From Oscillospiraceae bacterium (lineage in GTDB: Bacteria > Bacillota > Clostridia > Oscillospirales > CAG-272): DNA of 64,000 nt. The notes under the pieces were generated by a model. It had not been told where the DNA came from. It ran no database searches and saw nothing but the letters and a program-made list of their open reading frames with translations. The translations under genes were made by a program, and so were the position numbers. This document shows, one piece after another, positions 18,546 to 27,712 of the stretch (position 1 is the first letter of the stretch; every line of letters begins with the position of its first letter). The DNA is taken from positions 19,180 through 83,179 of the forward strand of contig SVUA01000006.1 in NCBI GenBank assembly GCA_015063485.1. The letters are read 5' to 3'.

Positions 18546-20855
18546 ATGTTTGTTTTGAATTTTTTAATACCAATAATAATATCATATATTGCGTGGATAC
18601 CGTATATCTATAAAAACGGTAAGGATATTTTAAAGAAGCCAAAGACTCATATTTTATCGTGGATCACAGTGGTTTGCGTTCTTGTTGCGCAGATGTTTCT
18701 TTATATGGATTTCTTGGCGATATTAAGCTTTTCTGTATGGAAGTTTTTTACTGTTATTATAGTATCCGTATTCTTTACGGCTATTGCTCACGGTACAATA
18801 TACCTTCATAAAACAAAATCTTTCATAGCGGCACTTTGGGTGTTCTTTTGCGTAGCTCTTTGTTTTGAGCTTACCTTGTTTAATTTCCGCTTTTATCAAA
18901 CCGCGTATTACGAGCCCGTAGACGTTACAGAGCAAGTTAATTTTCCGTATGATACAAGTGACGAGGCTAATGAAAATAACGTATATAAAATAAAAAATTC
19001 ATACGTAACGTTAAGAATAGATGACGTTGATATTAAGGTAAATAATATATATCTTGATATTACGGGGAGAGACGATCACGGGGAAGTAGAAAACCTGTAC
19101 GCCGAGATATCCTTTACAGATGAATCAAATACAGAGAGCTTTATCTATACGCCCGAGCATACCGTAATGTCAGAGGTTGGATCAACTAAATATCTGTATT
19201 TGATGACTAACGGTGATGTAGGTGACTTGTATATTACGCTTAGCACCGATTACGCTACAACCTATCAAATAGACGGAATACTTTTTAACGTATCCGCCCC
19301 CTTCAATTTTAGCGTAATACGGCTTCTTGCGGTATTTGTATTACTTTTGATATTTTGGATATTACGTCCTTCAAGTAAGCTTTGGGGGTATTCTTATAAC
19401 GATAAAAGCGCAAGGCAAATAGCGGTTACCGTGATCATCGTTTGCGCGCAGATATTTTTATTGTTTGGATTGAGCTTGTTAAACCCCATATTTTACGGTC
19501 ATCCCGCTTATCATACAAGACAGTATCAGCAGCTTGCCGATAGCTTTATTGACGGAAGATTGTATCTTGAGGATACACCGCCCGAGTTCCTTCAGGAAAT
19601 GGATAATCCATACGATTATGGCGCGAGAAGCGATGCCGCGGCAGAGAATAATGAAACTTATTATTGGGATGCCGCATATTACGAGGGCCGTTATTACGTA
19701 TATTTCGGCGTGATACCCGTACTGCTGTTATATCTTCCGTTTAAAGCCATTACGGGAATGGATCTGCCAAACATAGCCGCTATCAATATCTTTATGGTAT
19801 TCTTTGTAATAGGATCGTTCTGGCTTATTGGCAAAATAATAAATAGATATTTTGCTAACAAACGAATTCCATATCTTTCGTATCTTATATTATCTCTTAT
19901 ATTTGTAAATGCTTCATGCGGAGTCTTTATTGCAAAGCGTCCTGATTTTTATTCCGTGCCTATATTGGCGGCACTTACATTTACCGTTTTCGGCCTTGGC
20001 TTTTGGATGTCATCGCTTGAAAAGGGAGGACTCGACCCATTTGATGCGTTTCTTGGATCGTTGTGTATGGCTCTCGTCGCGGGATGCCGACCTCAGCTTC
20101 TTCTTGTGTCGGCAATGGCGATCATAATATTCTGGAGCGCAGTATTCAAGGAAAGGTTGCTTTTTTCGAAAAAAGGTATATTTTCAACTGTCGCTATCTG
20201 TCTTCCGTACGTAATAGTTGCCTTAGGCATCATGTGGTATAACGCCGCAAGATTCGGTTCTCCGTTTGACTTTGGCGCAAATTATAATCTTACCACAAAC
20301 GATATGACGGGAAGAGGCTACCGCGTTGAAAGAGTAGGACTATCGGTGTTTACGTATCTGTTTCAACCTCCTTACTTTATCGCAAGATTTCCTTTCTTGC
20401 GCTCGGTAAATATCGATACGGGATATATGGGACAGACTATAACCGAGCCAATGTTCGGCGGAATATTTGTGGCGATACCGCTTTTGTGGTTGATATACTT
20501 GATGCCGCGTTACGCAAAGTACATGAAAAAAGCAAAAATATTCGCGTTTGCTTGTCTTTCAGTGGCACTTTCGGTGTTTATCGCGATGTTTGATGCGCAA
20601 GGAGCAGGGCTTTTGCAAAGATATGTAAACGATTTTTCATTTCTTGCAATACTTGGCGCGATAGCCATAGCCTTGACTTTGCTTTCGATCAACAGAACGA
20701 GCGGCTCAATGAGAATTCGGTCGTTTTTGAGATTTTCGCTTTTTGGAAGCGGAGCTTATTGCGCTATGATAGTTTTTGCAAAATACGGCACGGAGATCTA
20801 TTATCAGAATCCGTACTTGTTTAATAAAGTAGCGGAGCTTGTGGAGTTCTGGTAA
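18546..20855 (+). CDS. Large polytopic membrane protein, putative GT-C-fold glycosyltransferase
   Basis: 769 aa with at least 14 hydrophobic helices. A ~140-aa hydrophilic insert follows the first four helices. The loop YLEDTPPEFLQEMDNPYDY...YYWDAAYYEGRYYVYFGVIP resembles ArnT/PMT/YfhO-type enzymes. Assigned by eye only. Confidence 0.45.
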   Translation: MFVLNFLIPIIISYIAWIPYIYKNGKDILKKPKTHILSWITVVCVLVAQMFLYMDFLAILSFSVWKFFTVIIVSVFFTAIAHGTIYLHKTKSFIAALWVFFCVALCFELTLFNFRFYQTAYYEPVDVTEQVNFPYDTSDEANENNVYKIKNSYVTLRIDDVDIKVNNIYLDITGRDDHGEVENLYAEISFTDESNTESFIYTPEHTVMSEVGSTKYLYLMTNGDVGDLYITLSTDYATTYQIDGILFNVSAPFNFSVIRLLAVFVLLLIFWILRPSSKLWGYSYNDKSARQIAVTVIIVCAQIFLLFGLSLLNPIFYGHPAYHTRQYQQLADSFIDGRLYLEDTPPEFLQEMDNPYDYGARSDAAAENNETYYWDAAYYEGRYYVYFGVIPVLLLYLPFKAITGMDLPNIAAINIFMVFFVIGSFWLIGKIINRYFANKRIPYLSYLILSLIFVNASCGVFIAKRPDFYSVPILAALTFTVFGLGFWMSSLEKGGLDPFDAFLGSLCMALVAGCRPQLLLVSAMAIIIFWSAVFKERLLFSKKGIFSTVAICLPYVIVALGIMWYNAARFGSPFDFGANYNLTTNDMTGRGYRVERVGLSVFTYLFQPPYFIARFPFLRSVNIDTGYMGQTITEPMFGGIFVAIPLLWLIYLMPRYAKYMKKAKIFAFACLSVALSVFIAMFDAQGAGLLQRYVNDFSFLAILGAIAIALTLLSINRTSGSMRIRSFLRFSLFGSGAYCAMIVFAKYGTEIYYQNPYLFNKVAELVEFW

Positions 20856-20896
20856 TTTTGGCATATTATTAAAGTAAAAATTTGCGGAGCATTGAT

Positions 20897-21712
20897 ATGA
20901 TAAGAACTGTTTTTCAAAACGGAGTAGTATATTATCACTCTGAATTGATCCCGTGCACTCACGGATTTTCCACACGTATCGGCGGGATCAGTAGCCTTGA
21001 GCATACGGCCTCACTAAATCTCGGAGTAGGCAGAGACGACCCTGATGATATAGTTTTGAAAAATCTCGCTCTTTTTTCCGATGCTTTGGGAATAGATCCG
21101 CGATCGGTTATTTCCGCAACGCAGATACATTCGTCAATCGTTAGAAAAGTTGACATTAAAGACCGCGGAGAAGGGTACTATTTTCCAACCAAAGAAGCTT
21201 GCGACGGCTACGTTTCAAACACAAAGGGAATAGCTCTCGGTATTCGTACAGCGGACTGTGTTCCGATACTTCTTTACGCTCCCAAAAACGATAATGCTGA
21301 TGCGATAATATCGGCAGTACACGCGGGGTGGAGAGGAACGCATAAAAACATCGTATCTTGCGCTATCGACCGTATGGTAGATATGGGAGCGGAGCACGAA
21401 GAAATAAAGGTAGCGATAGGACCTTCGATAGCGTCTTGCTGCTATGAGGTCTCAAATGACTTCTTTGAAGCGTTTTGCGAAACATTGGGAAAAGATACCG
21501 CCGAGACGTTTATTAAGCCGTCCGCAAAGAACCGCGGACATTTTATGGCAGACCTTCAAGGAATAAATACGCATCAATTAAAAATGAGCGGTGTCAAAAG
21601 AGAAAACATAGACGTTGCAAATATCTGTACTTGTTGTTATCCAAACGAATTTTATTCGCACAGGTATTCGGGCGAAGCGCGCGGAACTATGCTTTCCTTG
21701 ATATCGTTGTGA
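20897..21712 (+). CDS. pgeF: Peptidoglycan editing factor PgeF / YfiH (DUF152) family
   Basis: HGFSTR.GG, TADCVPILL and HAGWRGT motifs. The ATG at 20897 lies downstream of the listed TTG. Confidence 0.85.
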   Translation: MIRTVFQNGVVYYHSELIPCTHGFSTRIGGISSLEHTASLNLGVGRDDPDDIVLKNLALFSDALGIDPRSVISATQIHSSIVRKVDIKDRGEGYYFPTKEACDGYVSNTKGIALGIRTADCVPILLYAPKNDNADAIISAVHAGWRGTHKNIVSCAIDRMVDMGAEHEEIKVAIGPSIASCCYEVSNDFFEAFCETLGKDTAETFIKPSAKNRGHFMADLQGINTHQLKMSGVKRENIDVANICTCCYPNEFYSHRYSGEARGTMLSLISL

Positions 21713-21726
21713 TATGGGGCTATAAT

Positions 21727-22185
21727 ATGAATGATTTTGACAAAGACAAAAAATTTATGAAAGAAGCTATCGACCTTGCAAAGCGCGCTAAAGATGAAGG
21801 CGAAGTCCCGGTTGGAGCGATAGTAGTAAGAAACGGAGAGATCATAGGAAGCGGTTATAATTTGCGAGAGTCTCGCGGAATGGCTACGGCACACGCCGAG
21901 ATATTGGCGATAGAAGAAGCGTGTAGGAAGCTTGGTTCTTGGAGACTTCTCGGTTGTACGCTTTACGTAACGCTTGAGCCGTGTCCAATGTGCGCGGGGG
22001 CGATAGTTAATTCAAGGATAGAGCGTGTAGTATACGGTGTAAAGGATAGCGCGGCAGGTTGTTGCGGAAGCGTTGTTGACTTTAATCGATATCCTTTTTC
22101 ACATTCGTTTTCTTTGACTTCAGGGATATGTGAAGATGAATGTGCGTTGTTACTAAAAGAATTCTTTAAATCAAGAAGAGCATAA
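21727..22185 (+). CDS. tadA: tRNA-specific adenosine deaminase
   Basis: HAEILAIEEA and PCPMCAGA zinc motifs. The true start is MNDFDKDKKFMKEAI at 21727. The longer listed ORF overlaps pgeF. Confidence 0.9.
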   Translation: MNDFDKDKKFMKEAIDLAKRAKDEGEVPVGAIVVRNGEIIGSGYNLRESRGMATAHAEILAIEEACRKLGSWRLLGCTLYVTLEPCPMCAGAIVNSRIERVVYGVKDSAAGCCGSVVDFNRYPFSHSFSLTSGICEDECALLLKEFFKSRRA

Positions 22186-22225
22186 AAAATATCCGTTGAT
22201 GCATTTGCATCAACGGATATTTTTA
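22186..22225. terminator. Bidirectional terminator between convergent tadA and the lipoprotein gene
   Basis: 15-bp inverted repeat ATATCCGTTGATGCA/TGCATCAACGGATAT, flanked by A-run and T-run. Confidence 0.85.
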
Positions 22226-22238
22226 TCTAAATTAGCAA

Positions 22239-23867
22239 TTACTTGCTAAAGGTATGATAAGTGTCTCCGGCAAGAGCAAGACCCTTCATTATAACGACGT
22301 CAGCGTCGGCAGAGGTAATAGCCTCAAGCGCATAGGTAGTAGTTACAAGAAGCGTTCCTTCCGCGTTATAATACTTGTATTCGTTAGAAACAGCATTTAT
22401 AAGGGAGTAACCGATACCGTCAACGATCTCAAAAACAGTAGCATCGTTAGAGGTATTGTTGTAGGTGTAAACGGTCGTTTGAGCGCCGTTGCAGAAAGAG
22501 ATTATCTCATATCCCGTATCGGTTTCGGCTTGAACAAAGAGGGTATTGTTTACAACATCAAGGACGGCAGCATCATTTGCAACAAGGTCGTAAACTATTT
22601 CAAGATCAAGATCGTAGATGTATCTGTCACTTACAAAGTATGTGCTGCAAAGATCAAGAACGTTGTTCATGTTCTTAATGACCTTACCCTTTGCATCGAT
22701 AATAGATGCGCCTACAAGGGTCTCAACGAGGTAACGGTCATTGCCGATCTTGGATATAGCATCAAGAGCAGCCACCTGATTATCAGCGATCTTCAAGGAA
22801 TCCGCAGCCTTTCCTTTGTTGTTCATAAATACAATATCAAGATTTGCATCCGATTCATCGAGCTTCTTGTTAACGATGGGAGCGATTATAGCTATGTTCT
22901 CAAATTTGTCATTATAGGGGGAAGTCTCACCAAGAGAGTTGAAATAAGTATTTACAGCGTAGTTGCTATAAACGTCCATAACAACATAATCAAGATTTAC
23001 CTTGGTAGCCTTACCGTTTTTAGCATTAATGATCATAGATACGAGATCGTATTTACCGGTATGTCCGTTTTCGGAAATAGAAAGATCGTATTTTCTTTCG
23101 TCCTCATCGACCTCATACATATACTGAGCAAAGATGTTGCCGTTGTTCAATATAGCTATGGAGACATCTTCATAATAAGAGGGAGCAACGTAAGTAGATA
23201 CTAAATTAAAGGAATGATCGAAAACAGCAACGGTATCTCCGTTTTGCGCATAGTAATAATCATCGTTCCAATCTACGATAGAGTCGAGCGCAACGTATTC
23301 GGGAACGTCAACGGTCTTGGAAAGAGCGCCGTTTTCCTCGATCGTATATGCCGCATAGTCGAATATGCAGGTATCAAAGGTAAGTCTTACAGGTGCTTCG
23401 GGCTTGTATTTTTCAAACGTCTTTAAGATCTCACCGTTTGCATCATACGCAGTATATGTAACGTCAATAACTGCATCGATACCGTTAACGATATCTTCAG
23501 CGGACGAATCCTCTTGCTTTGCGGTTTGGGCAACGAGAAGAAGAGGAGCAGTATCGTAAAGATCAAAGGTGTAAAGACTGTCTGTTGTTGTAAAGGTTGC
23601 GATTATTCTGTTTGCTTCCAAGCTAAATATTTTGTACGAAAGGATTTCAGAAGCATCGGAATAGAAGATAACAAAGCTTTCGTTTGAGTTTAATACCTTG
23701 TAACCGGTCAATTCGGATACGGCACTTTCACTTTTATAAACATCTTCCAACGGATTATAATCCTTGTTTAAGAACTTGTTGACAGAGGATATCGTACCGC
23801 AGGCGTTGAGCATAGTTACAAAAACGAGAAGCGCTGCAATTAATAAAAGAAGTTTGGTCTTTTTCAT
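22239..23867 (-). CDS. Lipoprotein of unknown function
   Basis: Signal peptide MKKTKLLLLIAALLVFVTMLNAC with a lipobox. The ATG at 23867 lies 5 nt after GGAGG. The mature part is beta-rich and rich in Y/N/D/V. Confidence 0.65.
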   Translation of the reverse strand: MKKTKLLLLIAALLVFVTMLNACGTISSVNKFLNKDYNPLEDVYKSESAVSELTGYKVLNSNESFVIFYSDASEILSYKIFSLEANRIIATFTTTDSLYTFDLYDTAPLLLVAQTAKQEDSSAEDIVNGIDAVIDVTYTAYDANGEILKTFEKYKPEAPVRLTFDTCIFDYAAYTIEENGALSKTVDVPEYVALDSIVDWNDDYYYAQNGDTVAVFDHSFNLVSTYVAPSYYEDVSIAILNNGNIFAQYMYEVDEDERKYDLSISENGHTGKYDLVSMIINAKNGKATKVNLDYVVMDVYSNYAVNTYFNSLGETSPYNDKFENIAIIAPIVNKKLDESDANLDIVFMNNKGKAADSLKIADNQVAALDAISKIGNDRYLVETLVGASIIDAKGKVIKNMNNVLDLCSTYFVSDRYIYDLDLEIVYDLVANDAAVLDVVNNTLFVQAETDTGYEIISFCNGAQTTVYTYNNTSNDATVFEIVDGIGYSLINAVSNEYKYYNAEGTLLVTTTYALEAITSADADVVIMKGLALAGDTYHTFSK

Positions 23868-23911
23868 AAAAGCCTCCATAAAATAATTTTTAGAGTAATA
23901 ACTCTTAAATC

Positions 23912-23940
23912 ATTATAGCATATAAGTTTAAAAATGTCAA
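23912..23940 (-). promoter_or_regulatory. Sigma-A promoter of the lipoprotein gene (TTGACA-17 nt-TATAAT)
   Basis: On the minus strand, -35 is at 23940-23935 and -10 at 23917-23912. Both match consensus exactly. Confidence 0.6.
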
Positions 23941-23942
23941 TG

Positions 23943-23975
23943 AAAAAAAACAAAAAGAGGCTCAAAGCCTCTTTT
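23943..23975 (-). terminator. Rho-independent terminator of the upstream membrane-protein gene
   Basis: On the minus strand it reads AAAAGAGGCTTTGAGCCTCTTTTTGTTTTTTTT. The hairpin includes the stop codon. Confidence 0.8.
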
Positions 23976-25284
23976 CTTTTGATCTTGTAAAGTATGGAAC
24001 TATCTCTTTGGAAATTACCGAATGGCATTCTATCGCAAACATAGCAAATACCGCTAAGGAATGCACTATAAAATATCCGGGCAAAATAGTCAGAGTGAAC
24101 AACAAGAATAAAAACAAAGCGGAGTACAGATTTCTTTTTTTCTTGTCGATAGTATCGTAATCCTTTATAAATTGCATAAATGGGATTATCTCAAATATAA
24201 GAACGTAGAAATAAGAAACAGACGGTATCAATATTAAAACGGCAGATGCTATTACCGACCTTGAAAGCGACGAACGCGTAACGATGGCAAGAACCGAAGA
24301 GAAAAGAAAAATAACGATCAGAATAGATATATTCAACACAGAGAAGAAACTACTGTTACCGCTCGACGGTGAAATAAACTCAAACAACTTATAAAGTATC
24401 GACGTAAGCGAAAGATTCGTTCCCGAAAGAAGATGGTGGGAGTCGGTAGCAAAAGAACCGAGATTTTTCATGAAGTATGAAAAATCGGAAAGTCCCGCGC
24501 TGTAAATGAAAAATGAAAGGAACGTTCCTACACAGAAGTAACAAGCCACGCGTATAGATGCGAATATTTTTTTATCTCGAAGCAAAAATACGCCGAAGAA
24601 AAGAGGATATATCTTAATAAGACCCGCAAAGGCTAAACAGATATAAGCGATTTCGCGCAAAACGGCATTAGAGCTGTTTTTGAGCAGCATGAAGAAAAGA
24701 AGAAAAATAAGAGCAAAATATATCGTGTTTCCACGCATTATCGCATACACGAACGGTGCGGAGAATATTATTATCGAACCTATTTTGATAGAGTTTTTCA
24801 GATTAAGACGGAATATTTTTACTATCGCGAAAATTATCAGGGAAGTGCATATAACGAAAAACAGTACTATCGCTATCCAAAATTGAGGAGTAAGGACGAC
24901 CTTTGAGGTAAGCTCATCGACAGTAAGCCCTTGTCCTGCGTATACGTCAAAAACATTTTTGCATATAAGAGCAAACGGATATAGAATAGCTATCGCAAAA
25001 GGAGGATACGATGCTCCGCCTATTACGTAAGGACTGTCCATGAGAGATGCGTCCATAATGGTTACGAAATCAGAAAATATTCCGAGAAGCCAATCAAACG
25101 CATGACTTCCGTTTGAGAGTGAAGCAAAAGCGTAGACGTAATATAAAATTATTCCAAGCATAGCGGTCATAACACCGACCACCGTTGCCGCGAAGAAGAA
25201 GTTGACAATTCTTTGCTGACCGTCAGAAAGCGCGTTACCGGAAGCAAAGAAATTATTTAATTTTGATTTTCTTTTCAAATCCAC
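23962..25284 (-). CDS. Polytopic membrane protein, DUF2029/GT87-like putative glycosyltransferase
   Basis: 440 aa with about 12 hydrophobic helices and a GGASYPPFAIAILYPF motif. The GTG start lies 7 nt after AAAGGAG. Confidence 0.45.
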   Translation of the reverse strand: MDLKRKSKLNNFFASGNALSDGQQRIVNFFFAATVVGVMTAMLGIILYYVYAFASLSNGSHAFDWLLGIFSDFVTIMDASLMDSPYVIGGASYPPFAIAILYPFALICKNVFDVYAGQGLTVDELTSKVVLTPQFWIAIVLFFVICTSLIIFAIVKIFRLNLKNSIKIGSIIIFSAPFVYAIMRGNTIYFALIFLLFFMLLKNSSNAVLREIAYICLAFAGLIKIYPLFFGVFLLRDKKIFASIRVACYFCVGTFLSFFIYSAGLSDFSYFMKNLGSFATDSHHLLSGTNLSLTSILYKLFEFISPSSGNSSFFSVLNISILIVIFLFSSVLAIVTRSSLSRSVIASAVLILIPSVSYFYVLIFEIIPFMQFIKDYDTIDKKKRNLYSALFLFLLFTLTILPGYFIVHSLAVFAMFAIECHSVISKEIVPYFTRSKEKRL

Positions 25285-25456
25285 AACTACGCTCCTTTCA
25301 TAAGAAGAATACTTAATAAAATATATAATACACTCACTTAAAAAATATTATAACATATATTTCATAAATTGTCAATCCATTATCGAAATATTGTTTTCAC
25401 ATATTCGTCACAAAAAAATCATATTTTCGAATGATGCTACAATTAACATTTAATAC

Positions 25457-25485
25457 TTGAAATTAACGCTGATAAATGATATAAT
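25457..25485 (+). promoter_or_regulatory. Sigma-A promoter of rsmE (TTGAAA-17 nt-TGaTATAAT)
   Basis: -35 at 25457-25462 and extended -10 at 25477-25485. Confidence 0.55.
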
Positions 25486-25527
25486 AAAAAAGTCCGTTTT
25501 GGATAATTTGATTTTTAGGAGATAATC

Positions 25528-26274
25528 ATGCCTCGTTTTTTTGTAAAGCAAGATCAAATAAACGATACTTCAATAATTATATGCGGAGAGGACGCGCATC
25601 ATATAGCGCGTTCTTTGCGAATGGCGGTCGGAGACAAGCTGACTGTTTGTGATATGCGCGGCAACGAATACGATTGCGTTATTACTGATTTTACCGATGA
25701 TATTCAGGTAAATACGGAAATACGCGGGGTAACTCATTCCGAAAACGAATCTCCCGTATATATAAGACTTTTTCAAGCGTTGCCAAAGGGAGATAAGCTT
25801 GATACGATAATTCAAAAGGCGGTCGAATGCGGCGTTTCGGAAATAATTCCATTTGAAAGCGAGAGATGCGTCGTACGCATTAAACAGGATGCGGAGGATA
25901 GAAAGACCGAGCGCAGAAATCGCATAGCGGCTGAGGCGGCAAAGCAGTGCGGAAGAAGCGTTTTGCCAACAGTAAATAAAAGCGTAAGCTTTTCACAAAT
26001 GCTTGATATGGCATCTAAAAGCGATGTCGTTCTGTTTTGCTATGAGGGAGACGGAACGTTGGCTCTTGGCAATATTCTCGACGAGTGGAAAAGCAAAATG
26101 CCCGACAGCGTATCTATTATAATAGGAAGCGAGGGAGGATTTTCGATATCCGAAACGCAAAAGGCTGTTGATATGGGAATGTGCTTGACGGGACTTGGCA
26201 AAAGAATACTTCGTACAGAGACGGCTTCGGGCTTCGTTCTTGCTTGTATATCGTGCGTTTGTGAGCTTCATTAA
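25528..26274 (+). CDS. rsmE: 16S rRNA (uracil1498-N3)-methyltransferase
   Basis: MPRFFV N-terminus, PUA-like N-domain, and a SPOUT C-domain with GSEGGFS. Confidence 0.9.
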   Translation: MPRFFVKQDQINDTSIIICGEDAHHIARSLRMAVGDKLTVCDMRGNEYDCVITDFTDDIQVNTEIRGVTHSENESPVYIRLFQALPKGDKLDTIIQKAVECGVSEIIPFESERCVVRIKQDAEDRKTERRNRIAAEAAKQCGRSVLPTVNKSVSFSQMLDMASKSDVVLFCYEGDGTLALGNILDEWKSKMPDSVSIIIGSEGGFSISETQKAVDMGMCLTGLGKRILRTETASGFVLACISCVCELH

Positions 26275-26361
26275 ATAAAATTATTCTTGGCAGAATTTTA
26301 ATTATACATCAATAAATTACAAAAAAAATAAATAAATTTATAAAAAATATCAAAAATGCTA

Positions 26362-26390
26362 TTGAAAAATCACAAAAAATAGTGTATAAT
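26362..26390 (+). promoter_or_regulatory. Sigma-A promoter of the PucR-family regulator gene (TTGAAA-17 nt-TATAAT)
   Basis: -35 at 26362-26367 and -10 at 26385-26390, embedded in phased A-tracts. Confidence 0.5.
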
Positions 26391-26434
26391 ATAGGATAGT
26401 ATATACAATTATCTAAAAAATGTGAGGTTTTAGT

Positions 26435-27520
26435 ATGTCTAACAGATTGTTTCAAGGCGTAATATATCAAATGAAAGATGCTTTTGACCGCATTATCGGA
26501 GTGATCGATGAAAACGGTATCATAATCTCTTGCTCTGATTTGGGAAAAATGGGAGATGTTCGCCAAGGTGTGCGTGAGGAGCTTTCGTTTTCTTCTGAGT
26601 TTATGACGATAGACGGTTATACATATCGATATATGGGTACGGGTCAAAAGAACGAGTATATCGTTTTTGTTGAGGGCGAGGATAAGATGGCAGAGAAGAT
26701 GTCAAAGCTTCTCGCAATATCGCTCGGTAATATAAAGAGTCTGTATGACGAAAAATACGACAAAGCCTCTTTTATAAAAAATATTATTTTGGATAACATA
26801 CTTTCAAGTGATATTTATATAAAATCCAAGGAGTTGCATTTCAATACCGAGGAGCTTCGTATAGTTTTCCTCATTAAATTTTACGGCAAGACAGACATGA
26901 TGCCCTTTGAGATGCTCCAAAATATGTTTCCCGATAAGTCAAAGGATTACGTTATCAGCGTAGGCGAACACGATATCGTTCTCGTCAAGGAGCTTAAAGC
27001 GGGTACGGAGATGCGCGATATCGAAAAGACAGCGGTAAATATCGCAGATACATTGTCTTCTGAATTTTATACAAAGGTATCTATCGGTATCTCTACCATC
27101 GTTGATAATATCAAGGATCTTGCAAAGGCATATCAGGAGGCGCAGGTCGCTCTTGAGGTCGGCAAGGTATTCGAGACCGAAAAGAACATTATAAGCTATG
27201 AAAATCTCGGTATCGGAAGACTTATCTATCAGCTTCCTACCACTCTTTGCGAAATGTTCTTGCAGGAGGTGTTTAAGAAGGGAAGCCTTGATTCTCTTGA
27301 CAGAGAGACCCTTATGACCATTCAGTGCTTCTTTGAGAATAACCTTAACGTTTCCGAAACGTCAAGAAAGCTTTTCGTTCACAGAAATACGCTTGTTTAC
27401 CGCTTGGAGAAGATACGTAAGCTTACAGGGCTTGACCTTCGTGAGTTTGAACATGCTATCACGTTCAAGGTAGCTCTTATGGTAAGAAAGTATCTGGATT
27501 CTAAGCCCGTCAAGTTTTAA
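26435..27520 (+). CDS. PucR/CdaR-family transcriptional regulator
   Basis: C-terminal HTH NLNVSETSRKLFVHRNTLVYRLEKIRKLTGLDLR, typical of the PucR C-terminal domain. Confidence 0.8.
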   Translation: MSNRLFQGVIYQMKDAFDRIIGVIDENGIIISCSDLGKMGDVRQGVREELSFSSEFMTIDGYTYRYMGTGQKNEYIVFVEGEDKMAEKMSKLLAISLGNIKSLYDEKYDKASFIKNIILDNILSSDIYIKSKELHFNTEELRIVFLIKFYGKTDMMPFEMLQNMFPDKSKDYVISVGEHDIVLVKELKAGTEMRDIEKTAVNIADTLSSEFYTKVSIGISTIVDNIKDLAKAYQEAQVALEVGKVFETEKNIISYENLGIGRLIYQLPTTLCEMFLQEVFKKGSLDSLDRETLMTIQCFFENNLNVSETSRKLFVHRNTLVYRLEKIRKLTGLDLREFEHAITFKVALMVRKYLDSKPVKF

Positions 27521-27531
27521 TTTTTCTCAAT

Positions 27532-27575
27532 AGCGAAAGGGCAGTTGCGCAATTTTGCACTCCCTTTCGCTTTTG
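27532..27575 (+). terminator. Rho-independent terminator
   Basis: Stem AGCGAAAGGG/CCCTTTCGCT followed by TTTT. Confidence 0.75.
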
Positions 27576-27712
27576 AATGCTTTGTCTTTTGGATAAATAT
27601 ACTCAAATATGCATAAAAATAAACTAACTGTAAAGTTTACTGACATTTGAGTTTTCCTCAAGCGATCTCGCAGCGCGGACGCTTATAAAAAACAAAACGG
27701 AGAATTATCGAA

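Noticed and set aside
22254-23204. A 316-aa plus-strand ORF opposite the lipoprotein gene.
   Set aside because: It starts inside the convergent terminator region without an RBS, and its translation is an Ile/Val/Asn-rich mirror of the sense gene. It is a shadow ORF.
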